IMG/VR virus record: IMGVR_UViG_3300027969_000047
Source: a virus
Direction: 5' to 3' (one strand)
Length of the DNA stretch: 64,000 nucleotides
The position numbers and the translations under genes are program-made. Position 1 is the first letter of the stretch; every line of letters begins with the position of its first letter. Below the pieces are notes generated by a model. The model did not search any database. It worked only from the letters and a program-made list of their open reading frames with translations, and had not been told where the DNA came from. Of the stretch, positions 9,785-20,000 are shown in pieces.

Positions 9785-10837
9785 TTACAACTCCGAATTA
9801 AATTGAAAAGAACCTGAAATCCAATAAGTATGGTTATCCGATACGGATGTTAAATTATTGATATTCATTTGAACATTATTTGAATATACACCGCCAGACC
9901 CAAAAGTAGCAGAACCAACTCCTGCTCCTGTACTGTCATATCTAGACACAGTTGAAACAGACCCAGTAATTGTTGGTGTTGCCCGCATCGTAGTTGGAGT
10001 ACACATATTAGCGGTCACTGATGTACTGTTGCCACCACCGGCAGCATATCGGGCTACTCCAAGCGAAAGGTAATACCTCTGACACAATCTCAATTCATTT
10101 CCATAGTCACGATAATCGAATGCTGTGGCCTGCGGTGCTTTTTCCAATTGAACACCAGTAATATGCCAAGTTGCTCCACTGTTTGAAACGAGATTTACCT
10201 GTCCTGTGACACCACGATAACCAGTTGAACTCCATGCACCAGCAGTTCCTACAAGTGATGATCCAGCACCTAAACTAAAAAATACAGAGACACCTGTTCC
10301 TGTTGTTGTATTCCATGTTCCTGTTGTATCCCCAGCAATGGTTACAGATTTTTGTTCCCAAGTATTTGCATTGTTGATTGTGTAGCTGAACGGATATACT
10401 CTACTACCATCATTATTTGTTAATATGCCACCAAATGTTCCTGTTAGTGAAGAATTGACCCAAAACGATAAAGTGATTGTTTTAGCGTTTGCTGTTCCCC
10501 AATTCATATCAGCAAAGTTATAACCTTCTACTCTTTGCATTACTTCAAATTCATCAGTTGATAATACTGAATATGAAGATGATGAAGTAACTTTTAAAGC
10601 ATGAGAAAACCCAACAGGAACAACCGATGTTTGTTGTTGTGTGGTAAATTTTGATGCTTGTGAAAGACCGCATCTCCATCTATCTACACCGAAACCACCA
10701 TCCGCAGGAGTAATACTAGCACCAGCATTTCTCTGGTCAATCACCATGGCGCCGTTAATGATTCTGTTCTTAAATCCGAACGGAGAAAAACCACCATTCT
10801 CATTGCTGAGTGCTTGCGATACTGTTTGAATTCCCAT
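9785..10837 (-). CDS. Tail fibre/RBP with carbohydrate-binding-like domain
   Basis: [16 protein letters not shown]...TLSFWV...ITGVQLE...ELRLCQRYY; paralog of 12951..14042. Confidence 0.7.
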   Translation of the reverse strand: MGIQTVSQALSNENGGFSPFGFKNRIINGAMVIDQRNAGASITPADGGFGVDRWRCGLSQASKFTTQQQTSVVPVGFSHALKVTSSSSYSVLSTDEFEVMQRVEGYNFADMNWGTANAKTITLSFWVNSSLTGTFGGILTNNDGSRVYPFSYTINNANTWEQKSVTIAGDTTGTWNTTTGTGVSVFFSLGAGSSLVGTAGAWSSTGYRGVTGQVNLVSNSGATWHITGVQLEKAPQATAFDYRDYGNELRLCQRYYLSLGVARYAAGGGNSTSVTANMCTPTTMRATPTITGSVSTVSRYDSTGAGVGSATFGSGGVYSNNVQMNINNLTSVSDNHTYWISGSFQFNSEL

Positions 10838-10847
10838 TATTGTTCTC

Positions 10848-11120
10848 TTAAACTTTTGGATACTTAGTTTTTACTGCCAAGCAATCAGCAATATATTTGT
10901 CGATTTGCGCTTGGTCACCTTTGGCAATACCATCAAGGTAGTCAGTCATTGGAGGATATTCAGCGGCACGCTTCTCAGCATAAGTTCTTGCGGATTGTGT
11001 GGCTGCACGAATAGTGGCGGCTTCCTCGTCTGTAATCTGAACAGAACCAGCGGGAAGTAGATGAGTGAATGAATCGTCATCAAGGTAATGTATGGAGTTG
11101 TCGGGAGCTTTGTAATGCAT
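10848..11120 (-). CDS. Tail fibre chaperone-like protein
   Basis: RAAEYPP..DYLD...VKTKYPK motif; start reassigned to MHYKAP. Confidence 0.6.
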   Translation of the reverse strand: MHYKAPDNSIHYLDDDSFTHLLPAGSVQITDEEAATIRAATQSARTYAEKRAAEYPPMTDYLDGIAKGDQAQIDKYIADCLAVKTKYPKV

Positions 11121-11131
11121 GATTATCTTTC

Positions 11132-11920
11132 TTAACGAAGTTCTGCCCACACACCTAGTGATGCGGTACTTGTGTGCGAGTAGCTTGCGCCGGGTGGCAC
11201 AATAAATTGAACACCGGGTTGGTCACCGCCTGTGGGGTTGCTAGTATAGCTAAAAATAGTAACCCCATTAACAACAACTGTTGAAATATTGGTTGAGTTT
11301 GCTTGAGTTTGCACACTAACTTGGATAGGTTTGCCAGTGGTGTTGTAGTAGGTTGTAGACAATGCTCTGCTTGGCAATTGCCAAGTCTGCCCATATCCCA
11401 AACTACTCATTGCAGCCAAAGCCTGACCACCATAGCCTTGGATGGTTGATGGCGCAGTGGCCCAAGTACCAGCGGTTGCTTGGGTGGATTCAATGTAACC
11501 AATCACACGGAAAGGTACTCCTGTTCTAGCAGTAGTAGAATAAACTGCACTTGCACTGTCAGCCGCACCAGCGCCGCCTTCGGCAGTAGTGTTGACCATG
11601 CCCGCCTCATCAAGATTGTTACCACCAGCAATGTTTACTGCCGCCAGTTCAATCGTGCCACCGTTGTTTATCGCAAGAACTATGATACGGGACTGCGTAG
11701 CCGATACAGTTCCAAGGGTTGAACCGCTTGAAATAACCAAGTTGGCGGGAGTTCCAGATACCGTAGTGACTGTGCCGCTTCCCAGCGTGGTAGAACGAAA
11801 ATCAAGCGTAAGAGCAGATGCTGAAATTGTTAAAGCACTAGAAGCTACAGATGCAGTAATAGAAAATATTTTATCGAAAGCATTTGTGAATGTTGGATTA
11901 ATTGTTCCTACTAGTGCCAT
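11132..11920 (-). CDS. Tail fibre tip protein
   Basis: LGYGQTWQ...TYYNTTGKPI.V...FIVPPGASY...WAELR C-terminal fibre domain. Confidence 0.65.
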   Translation of the reverse strand: MALVGTINPTFTNAFDKIFSITASVASSALTISASALTLDFRSTTLGSGTVTTVSGTPANLVISSGSTLGTVSATQSRIIVLAINNGGTIELAAVNIAGGNNLDEAGMVNTTAEGGAGAADSASAVYSTTARTGVPFRVIGYIESTQATAGTWATAPSTIQGYGGQALAAMSSLGYGQTWQLPSRALSTTYYNTTGKPIQVSVQTQANSTNISTVVVNGVTIFSYTSNPTGGDQPGVQFIVPPGASYSHTSTASLGVWAELR

Positions 11921-12789
11921 TATTGAATCTCCTCAATGGCAAAACGATATTTCTTACCAGTTTTATTATTGATTAAAAACAAACTCTGTTCTCCCTCTTG
12001 GACAGTCCAGTTACCTTTTGTTCCGTCTACCATGTTGCCATCTACCTTACCTTCATTAGATAAGTGTAAGTCACCAGTGTAGATGTTTGACCAACGGAAT
12101 GATGATGAACCTAAATCATATGTAGTGTTTGCTGTTGGAAGAATACTTCCTGATATTGACAGTGTACCAGTGATAGTTGGTGCAACAATGTTTGGTTGAC
12201 TGATAGTTGAATTTGCAGCCAGCACTGTTATTGTGCTTGTTGTTCTGAAACCTAAATGACGAATGTGTACATTTGCACTGAATGGAGGTGCAGATGTAAA
12301 TGTGATTGTGCTACCAGATGTTGTATAGTGTGCAGGTGCTCTTTGAACAACACCATCGACAGTAACGAATACTGTGTTTGCATCAGCAGGTGATTCTGAT
12401 AATCCGTATGAAGACACATTACCATTTGCAGTAAAGTTATCTGTAGTGAAAAGGCGAATGTTATTTGCTAACTTAGAATATGTGATAGAACCATCTGGCA
12501 ATGAAACTTGAGCGCCTGACTGATAGTTTCTGTAAACAACATAGACATTGTTTGTACCAGTTGGTGGTGCTTCTGTGAATACTAGAGATGTGTTATTAAC
12601 AGTGTATGCTGTTATCGGTTCTTGCTGAATGTTCTCAACAAAGACTTCAAGGTCAGTTGAAAAATTAACTGAGCGAGTTAGTGTGAATGTTGTTGTTGAA
12701 TTGTTACCAGAGAATCGTTCAGCATCCGTTGGTATCGGAGAAGAACGGCTTATATCCCACGGTAAATTATTGTTTCCTAAGTATGACAT
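11920..12789 (-). CDS. Fibre adaptor protein (MSYLG type, two repeats)
   Basis: Two F.GN..T.FTL...FT.APP domains; YDLGSSSFRWSNIYTGDLHLSNE...WTVQEG C-terminus. Confidence 0.65.
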   Translation of the reverse strand: MSYLGNNNLPWDISRSSPIPTDAERFSGNNSTTTFTLTRSVNFSTDLEVFVENIQQEPITAYTVNNTSLVFTEAPPTGTNNVYVVYRNYQSGAQVSLPDGSITYSKLANNIRLFTTDNFTANGNVSSYGLSESPADANTVFVTVDGVVQRAPAHYTTSGSTITFTSAPPFSANVHIRHLGFRTTSTITVLAANSTISQPNIVAPTITGTLSISGSILPTANTTYDLGSSSFRWSNIYTGDLHLSNEGKVDGNMVDGTKGNWTVQEGEQSLFLINNKTGKKYRFAIEEIQ

Positions 12790-12797
12790 AATTGTAT

Positions 12798-12950
12798 TTA
12801 TTCGCCTTGGTCAGCAGGTTCTGGAGTATTGCCTTCAGCAAGCCATGCAAGGTAGGCTTGGTTTAATTCACGATGTACAAAAACGCCATCAGACAATCTA
12901 ATTGCGTATTCGCTTAATTCATTATTTGGTAATTTAATAAGTTTGTACAT
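12798..12950 (-). CDS. 50-aa fibre-associated protein (not in ORF track)
   Basis: MYKLIKLPNN...[18 protein letters not shown]. Confidence 0.8.
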   Translation of the reverse strand: MYKLIKLPNNELSEYAIRLSDGVFVHRELNQAYLAWLAEGNTPEPADQGE

Positions 12951-14042
12951 TTATGGTAACTCCGATCCAGCAGTCCATTGAAATCTAAAACAAGTGGCGC
13001 TTGTGCTTGTGCTACCAAGTGCGGCAAAACCATTTTCGCTAGTTCCATATGTTGTTGGATTCTCATCTGTTCCTGCGGTGCTGTTTCTCACCTTTGCAAT
13101 TGTTCCTGTCACGGGTGAATAAATTGACAACTCTGTTGGTGTTGTTCTTTTACTTACTTTAAAATAAACATTTGATGCTGGATTCCCTGCTGAATTACCT
13201 ACTAAAGTGTATGCAACTCCGACCTCTGTTGCCGTTGCTGGAACAGTTGCACTTGCATATGACTTTTCATAGTACCTCTGACACAAAGCTAACTCAGCAC
13301 CATATGAGCGATATTCAAAAGATGATGCAGTTGAACCTCTTTCTAACTGGACGCCTGTGATGTAGAAAGTAGCGCCGTTTGTTCCGACTACTGATGTTGC
13401 ACCTGTGGCTGAAACATAGTTTGTTCCAGCCCATGAACCCGCTGTTCCACTATAAGTTGAGCCAACACCAAGGCCAAAGCTAATCATCATTCCTCTACTA
13501 TTTGTTGTAAGCCATGTGCCAGATGTATCGCCAGCAATAGTTACAGTTTTTTGTTCAAAAGTATTTGCAGAATTGATTGTGTAAGTAAAGGGATAAGAAC
13601 GGTCGCCTGCATTATTGTTTATTGCGCCACCAAATGTTCCTGTTAAGGAACTGCGAACCCAAAACGATAAAGTAACTGTTACGGCATTTGCTGTACCCCA
13701 AGCAAAATCTGCAACATTTAATCCTTCAATAGCTTGTCTTACCGTAAAATAATCACCCACCAAAACAGAATATGCAGATGAAGATGTAACTAAGAGGCTA
13801 TTAATAAATCCAGTTGGGGCGGTAGAACTTTGTTGTGTTGTGAATTTTGATGATTGACCAATTAAAAATTGCCACCTATCTAATGTGTATGCAGTTGCCG
13901 TAGGCGTAACACTAGCACCAGCGTTTCTCTGGTCAATCACCATGGCACCATTGATGATGCGATTTTTAAATCCAGTCCAACCACCAGATTGTACTGAGCC
14001 GTCTGCGAATACTATACTATCGCCACCGTATGATACACTCAT
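12951..14042 (-). CDS. Tail fibre/RBP with carbohydrate-binding-like domain
   Basis: [16 protein letters not shown]...ELALCQRYYEKSY. Confidence 0.7.
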   Translation of the reverse strand: MSVSYGGDSIVFADGSVQSGGWTGFKNRIINGAMVIDQRNAGASVTPTATAYTLDRWQFLIGQSSKFTTQQSSTAPTGFINSLLVTSSSAYSVLVGDYFTVRQAIEGLNVADFAWGTANAVTVTLSFWVRSSLTGTFGGAINNNAGDRSYPFTYTINSANTFEQKTVTIAGDTSGTWLTTNSRGMMISFGLGVGSTYSGTAGSWAGTNYVSATGATSVVGTNGATFYITGVQLERGSTASSFEYRSYGAELALCQRYYEKSYASATVPATATEVGVAYTLVGNSAGNPASNVYFKVSKRTTPTELSIYSPVTGTIAKVRNSTAGTDENPTTYGTSENGFAALGSTSTSATCFRFQWTAGSELP

Positions 14043-14045
14043 TTG

Positions 14046-14306
14046 TTATACCTTTGGATATTTATCTTTAACTGTTTTAATCTGTGCTTTCCATGCATCA
14101 AGACCACTGTGATATAGAGTATCTAGTTGGTCTGGAATGGAAGAATATTCTGCGGCTCTTTGATACTTGTAAGTGTTAGGGTCGACCCAAGCATTTACAG
14201 CGGTTAAATCAATTTCTACTTTATTGCCTTGAGCATCAAATGCACCTGCATCATCATCAACATATGCTGTTTGAGGATAAAGAGCGTAAATAGCTAAGTG
14301 ATTCAT
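14046..14306 (-). CDS. Tail fibre chaperone-like protein
   Basis: YKYQRAAEY...QLD.LYH...VKDKYPK; ATGA-coupled start MNHLAI. Confidence 0.6.
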   Translation of the reverse strand: MNHLAIYALYPQTAYVDDDAGAFDAQGNKVEIDLTAVNAWVDPNTYKYQRAAEYSSIPDQLDTLYHSGLDAWKAQIKTVKDKYPKV

Positions 14307-14863
14307 CCTGCAATCTCCATAACAGTAATTTGAGAAGGTGTTCGACCTTGCCATGCGTTAGTAACAATATAACTACCACCAAGCCCAGCTGTACCACCAG
14401 ACTCAACATACATTTGAATTTTGTAAGTTATAGCACTTGTTGTAGATGGACTATCTAAAAATTGCCCACTCAGATTCTGAGCATAATGGCCATGAGAAGA
14501 ACCAATTTGTGCAGATGATTGTTGTGCGCTACCGGCCGCATCACCTAGAAAAATATTAGTTGAATCACGCACAAGTCTTAGATGAAGTCCATATGTTCCA
14601 GTAGTGCTTGATTGTGAAGCATATCCAGAAAATAAAACTAAAATTTTACTTGTTGTAGATGATGGTGTAATTGTAACAGAAAGTCCTGTCACATCTACAA
14701 AAGATGCACTCGCCGAAGTAAAATAACTTGTTTTTACTGTTTGAACCACTTGCAACACCGCACCAGCACCAATCGCAGTTGATTCAATAGCGCCTCTTGT
14801 TATTCCGGTAATGTCTCCATTACCAACGGTCATGGTTCCGTTTCCGTCAAGCGTTAAGGCCAT
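14303..14863 (-). CDS. Tail fibre tip protein
   Basis: GAVLQVVQ...GLSVTITPSSTTSKILV...LDSPSTTSAITYK...ITVMEIA. Confidence 0.65.
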   Translation of the reverse strand: MALTLDGNGTMTVGNGDITGITRGAIESTAIGAGAVLQVVQTVKTSYFTSASASFVDVTGLSVTITPSSTTSKILVLFSGYASQSSTTGTYGLHLRLVRDSTNIFLGDAAGSAQQSSAQIGSSHGHYAQNLSGQFLDSPSTTSAITYKIQMYVESGGTAGLGGSYIVTNAWQGRTPSQITVMEIAG

Positions 14864-14902
14864 CTAACTGTTCCTTTGTTGTTGTATATATTCATTATTT
14901 GT

Positions 14903-15502
14903 TTATTCATACAGGACATTGACTGAGCCAGCGTCAAAGGTGTCTGTGCCATTTTGTGTGGTAATGCGAATTCGGTCAAGAGTTCCTGAAAGTGTTTTTG
15001 AACCACCACCTTGTGAAACATTACTGCCAGTAGTTTCACCAATGATGGATGACCAATTCCAAATACCGGTTGCACTATTCAAAAGTGATATTGTTGAAAC
15101 GCCGTTAATTGAATATGTTGCCAACATGGTGGCAATAATTAAAAATCCATCACTATATGCGGTGTTAGTTGTGTTAGACATCCATGACATACCAGCGTAA
15201 CCAGTGTTTTGAATGCCTCCACTTGTACCAAGTTGAACAATAGGTCGTGATGTACTACTTGTACTTAACCCAGAATACATAACAGTAACACGCTTCACCC
15301 ATGATGGGATAGAAGTAAAGTCAATGCTTGTACCTGATGTGGACGCTTGCGCTGTCATAGAAGTTAATCTACCATATAATAAACCAGTTGAACTGATTTG
15401 ATTAATGGTCACACCATTTTGTTGAATAGTTAAATCACCAGTTCCATCAGCATAAAATGTTGAACCTAGAACACCTGTGGTTGTTGTATTAATTAATGCC
15501 AT
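14903..15502 (-). CDS. Tail fibre tip protein
   Basis: STSGTSIDFTSIPSWVKRVT...LDRIRIT...FDAGSVNVLYE. Confidence 0.6.
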   Translation of the reverse strand: MALINTTTTGVLGSTFYADGTGDLTIQQNGVTINQISSTGLLYGRLTSMTAQASTSGTSIDFTSIPSWVKRVTVMYSGLSTSSTSRPIVQLGTSGGIQNTGYAGMSWMSNTTNTAYSDGFLIIATMLATYSINGVSTISLLNSATGIWNWSSIIGETTGSNVSQGGGSKTLSGTLDRIRITTQNGTDTFDAGSVNVLYE

Positions 15503-15503
15503 T

Positions 15504-15719
15504 TTATAGAACCACCCATTTCTGACCTGTCGGTACTGTAACTGATTTACCAGTTAAAATTGTAACTGGACCAACAGAGTAACCATTGCTTCCTGTTGTT
15601 AATGTATAATTGTTGTACACTGTGTTTGCACTTTCAACGATAGCGACTCCAAGTTGCATGGCAGTATTGGCACCGCCACCAGTACCAAATAATCCACCTT
15701 GGACACGAGTTAAAGACAT
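15504..15719 (-). CDS. Small fibre adaptor
   Basis: N.YSVGPVTI..G.SVTVP.GQKWVVL, homologous to the C-terminus of 9181..9603. Confidence 0.55.
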   Translation of the reverse strand: MSLTRVQGGLFGTGGGANTAMQLGVAIVESANTVYNNYTLTTGSNGYSVGPVTILTGKSVTVPTGQKWVVL

Positions 15720-15730
15720 AGTTTATATCC

Positions 15731-16057
15731 TTATGAGATTTCTAAGAGTGACGCTATCACATCGACAGAGCCATTGGCGCTGGTTGTGATTTTTAAAACA
15801 TCGGCGGCTTGCAAAACGATTTTCTGTTCACCACCAACAGCAATAAGTGCAGAGCCACTCATAATTGGTGCATTTGCAATAATCGTATAGTCTACTGATG
15901 AACGAGTTAAGTATGCATTAGCAGTGACTGTTCCAGCAGACTTGTTTGCAATTGAAAGACCAATCAGAGTTGTTGCTGTAGCAGAAGGGCAAGTGTATAC
16001 AGTGTTACCACTTGTTACAATATTTGCCGCTACATTTGATTTAAAAGTATTTGCCAT
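15731..16057 (-). CDS. Conserved small virion protein (MANTFK type)
   Basis: YTCPSATATTLIGL.IAN...GGEQKIVL...DV..S.LE motif. Confidence 0.6.
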   Translation of the reverse strand: MANTFKSNVAANIVTSGNTVYTCPSATATTLIGLSIANKSAGTVTANAYLTRSSVDYTIIANAPIMSGSALIAVGGEQKIVLQAADVLKITTSANGSVDVIASLLEIS

Positions 16058-16075
16058 TTATTTTCCTAGATATTC

Positions 16076-16083
16076 TATTTATA
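16076..16083 (-). promoter_or_regulatory. T4 late promoter TATAAATA
   Basis: Exact T4 gp55 consensus, intergenic, upstream of the fibre operon. Confidence 0.75.
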
Positions 16084-16824
16084 TCATCCCAATGCAATTG
16101 CTAAGGCAATTGAACTACCATCTATAGTACTTATTGCAGAATATATAGCATCATTTGCTGTTCCCACAAAGTTTGTGATGTTTGCGCTTATAATGCTTGC
16201 AATATTTGCAGTTAATGTATCTGTGACATTTGCATTACTCATTGTAGTATTGCCAGTAACTGTCAGTGTATTTGCAAAACTACCTGAACCAGACACAATC
16301 AAATCATCAAAACCGATTGCATCTAATGTAATGTTACCAGATACAGTTAAGTTACCACCAATGACAACATCACTCGAAACATTCAAAGTTGTGCCTGAAC
16401 CAGTCAGAAGAACATTGCCTTTGAATGTAGCTGTGTTCGACACATTCATTGTTTCGCCAGAACCTGTCGTATATATTGTTCTGCGAACATTCAGGTCGTT
16501 AGCGATTGTTGCAGAATCGTTTACAAAGACATTCTTTGTGATTATTGCACTGTTAGCCACATACAAAGCATTTGCTGAACCAGTGACATTCAGAATTGAG
16601 ATGTTACCCGTTGCAATTGTTGCGGCTGTATTGACTGTTAGATTACCACCAATGGTAGCATGGTTTGTGACATTTAAAGAAACACCAGTCTTTGTCAGGC
16701 GAAGTTCTGTACATGCAGTGAATGTTGGACCATCTGTTAAATTATTAGCCGCAGTAATCAGGCTCTGAGTAGCCGCAAGCCATTGAGCAAATGTATTAGC
16801 ATTTGTGATATAACTAATTGCCAT
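16084..16824 (-). CDS. Tail fibre shaft-like protein
   Basis: GGNLTV beta-repeats; C-terminal IALAIALG motif. Confidence 0.6.
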   Translation of the reverse strand: MAISYITNANTFAQWLAATQSLITAANNLTDGPTFTACTELRLTKTGVSLNVTNHATIGGNLTVNTAATIATGNISILNVTGSANALYVANSAIITKNVFVNDSATIANDLNVRRTIYTTGSGETMNVSNTATFKGNVLLTGSGTTLNVSSDVVIGGNLTVSGNITLDAIGFDDLIVSGSGSFANTLTVTGNTTMSNANVTDTLTANIASIISANITNFVGTANDAIYSAISTIDGSSIALAIALG

Positions 16825-17050
16825 TTGTGCCTCTCATAGCAATAACTTGCAATAATTGTTTAATCTCTTGCATATCTTCTTCTAGTTTTTGCAAACGAGT
16901 TCTAGTGTCCTGTTGTTCATTCTTTTGAGCCAAAAGTCTTTTGCGAGTATTCTGAAATTGTTGGAGACCGTCTCTATCTGTATTTAGAACAGCCTGTGTA
17001 GACATGTCTCTAACATATTCAGTATTTTCTATTTTTACGAAAGTTGTCAC
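16814..17050 (-). CDS. Conserved small coiled-coil protein following the VrlC-like gene
   Basis: VRD..T.AVLNTD...EIKQLL. Confidence 0.6.
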   Translation of the reverse strand: MTTFVKIENTEYVRDMSTQAVLNTDRDGLQQFQNTRKRLLAQKNEQQDTRTRLQKLEEDMQEIKQLLQVIAMRGTNGN

Positions 17051-20000
17051 GATAATGATGGTATAGCAATGACACGCAAGTCTTTAATTCTTGGTACTTT
17101 TGTAGAAGTAGTGTCGGTTGAAGTCATAACAATCTTAATGGCAAAATACTTAAATGATGTGAAACCATTACCATATGACACTCGGTTGTCAGGTGTTCCT
17201 GCTGTTCCTGGTGCATATGTGAATTCTTTCAAATCGGATGCTGTGATAGACTTCGAGTTAGTACCTGAAATCAATGTCATCAATTGATAATTCTTTGAAT
17301 CAAATATATCGGTATCGTCAGCAGAAAGAATCTTATAGTAAACATGAATGTTTGCGCTTGCTGGTTTGTATGCAGTAAATGACAGACGGAAGTCACCAGC
17401 ATCAAGTCCATCGGCTAATGTGACTTTACGAGTTATATATCTTGCTCTTGCTGGACCACCAGATGCTTGGTCTTCACCACTCGAAACTGCGGTTGCTGGA
17501 GTTGCTGATGGATTGCCACCAGTGATTGTAACTGTTGGTGTGGTTGTATATCCTGAACCACCAGCATCAACAACAATGGCAGACACTTTACCACCAGAGA
17601 ATGTGGCATATGCATTGGCACCACTACCACCACCTCCTGTTATTGATATTGAAACATTGCTGTTTGTTGTATATCCAAAACCAGGATTTGTGATAATAAT
17701 ATCTGAATTGGCAAGTGATAAATCGTCAACATAGTTTTCAATTGCAAGTACACTCAATCTTTCAACATCAACAAGTGGAGAAATTTGTGTATTGTCAGAT
17801 GCCAATAACAATCTAACTTTGAATGAGTTAGGGTCGGTTGTTAGAACACGGCGTCCTAGTGTATCATCAAAGAATACATTTTCTTCAATGTTGAATGAAC
17901 GCATATTCTGACGCTCACCAGTTGAACTCATTGTTGATGCATAATATGTACCAATAGATGTATTTGGTAAAATCAAATTCTGAGATGTGATATAGAATGA
18001 GTCAACAGAAATATTTGATGTTGGTAAATCCATTGAGTCTAAACGGAATTCAACATTCGCTGTAACAGGGTCATACTCTGCTCTCATAATACGGAACATC
18101 AAATCTTCTTCTTGAATTGCTGTCCAAGTAGATGAGTTTTGTGACTTGAAGAATGAACCGAGATATGGTTGAGTAGAAATGATTCTATCTGTGCCAACAA
18201 GTTTTTGTCCAACTTCAGACACATACACTTGATACTTGATAGAGTTAGCAATCAATACAATAGCATATTCAGTGCCAGGTTGTAATGTTACAGGTCCTTC
18301 AAAATTTACTGTGGTATACAATGCAGTGTCATCTAAAGGCTGTGTCAATGCAGGGTCAGAATATCTTGCTCTCATTGTCTCTTCAGAAACTTCTTTAATA
18401 GTATCTGGATTAACACTGATATCTGCATATGGCAGAATTTGTGAAGAATGTGGATAACCATTCACCACAGGGCGAATTTGAACTTGTACAGGAATATCAG
18501 GGTCTTTTGTTTTGAACAATAGACGCACAGATGTAATTTGAACACCATTACCATATTGGCGTTGGTCAATAAAGAATGTCTGTGCTAATGGATCCCAATA
18601 ACCAACTTGCTTACGACCAACAACTTGTTCACGAAGAACTGCGCTTGAAGTTACAATTGTTCTATCATCTTGCAAATCGGTTCTCTTAATTACAGGAACA
18701 CGAGTCGAAACAATTGTAGATTCTGTTGTCTGCAATAGACCTTGTGCATAATATGTCGCATCGCCATTTGTTGATGATGAAGCCAATGCACCAGATGAAG
18801 TATCAGTAAGTCTGAATACTCTTTCACCTGTTCTGAATCTTGTATCAGTATTACTTGGAATGATGAACACACCAGCAACTTCACCTCTTCTGTCAGAATC
18901 AATTGTACCAATAGAATATGTTGAAGTAGTGTCAGGTGTTGTTGTCCAATTTGAAGAAACTGTCGCCACTCTTGAAGTCACATTATATGAAGAGATTGTT
19001 CTCTCTTGTCCAAGTCCTGTTCCTGAGGTAACATAGATTGACTTGCCAACATAATTTGTATTTGCCACAGAAGTGTTAGATGTTGTATTGCTGTTCAATA
19101 CATGGAAATCTAAACTAATTGTGCTTGATGTTGCGGCATTGGCTTGACCAGAATAGTGAACGAATCCTGAGATGCGAGTATTCGCACCAGATGTTGCACC
19201 AATCAAGAAAGTCGCATTACTTGTAACGACACGAACATTACCAACATTTGCATCATCGCCTGTTGAAAGGTTAACCACACTCACATTAGTCACTGTAGCT
19301 TCATTGCGGTTCAGTACCACAATAGCGGATGCAAGATTTTTGCTTGTTGCAGGTTCGTAAATTCTTACTGCTTCACCATTTTGGTATGTGTCAATGTAGG
19401 CGGCAGTATTGCTTGAAACAATAATCTTATTTGTTTTATTCAAGTAAGTTTGAACGGCCTCACCATCAAAGAATCCATATAATGATGTGTTAGGTTTAAA
19501 GCCTTTACCGATGAAGACAATGCCACGAGAACGAATATATGGAATGATAGAAACATCGATAACACGATTACCAATATTCTTTGTGATGGTATCTGTTGAG
19601 AATTGAGTATTGATACCAGTTCTTGATTGCTTTGATGTGACATCGGCAACTGTTCTTTTAACGATATCTTCATACACAGGAACATAATGTCCCAAAGGAC
19701 CTAACCAACCTCTGTCTGCTGGAACAACAGTTTCATCTCTTTGATTGGTAAGAGATGTTGAAAGAGTTTGCCATGAATTCCAATGAGCGCCGAAAGTTTC
19801 AGGCGCAGATTTTTCAACTGTTTGTGCTAAGGCTGCCCATGCATCATTGTCACCTTCAAGGTTAACAAGAACATCAGGCTTCTGGTCAGTGTCAACCCAA
19901 TTATCAGATGATGGGTCTAGTGAAATTGAACCAATGAATGATACCGCATTGAATGGGTTTACATTAACTGCTTTTGATGAATATGGTTGGTCAATCAATG

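Noticed and set aside
2608-15502. Diversity-generating retroelement or invertible shufflon acting on the tail tips
   Set aside because: No reverse transcriptase or recombinase in the window, all tips on one strand, and the repeats seen differ at synonymous sites rather than adenine-specifically.
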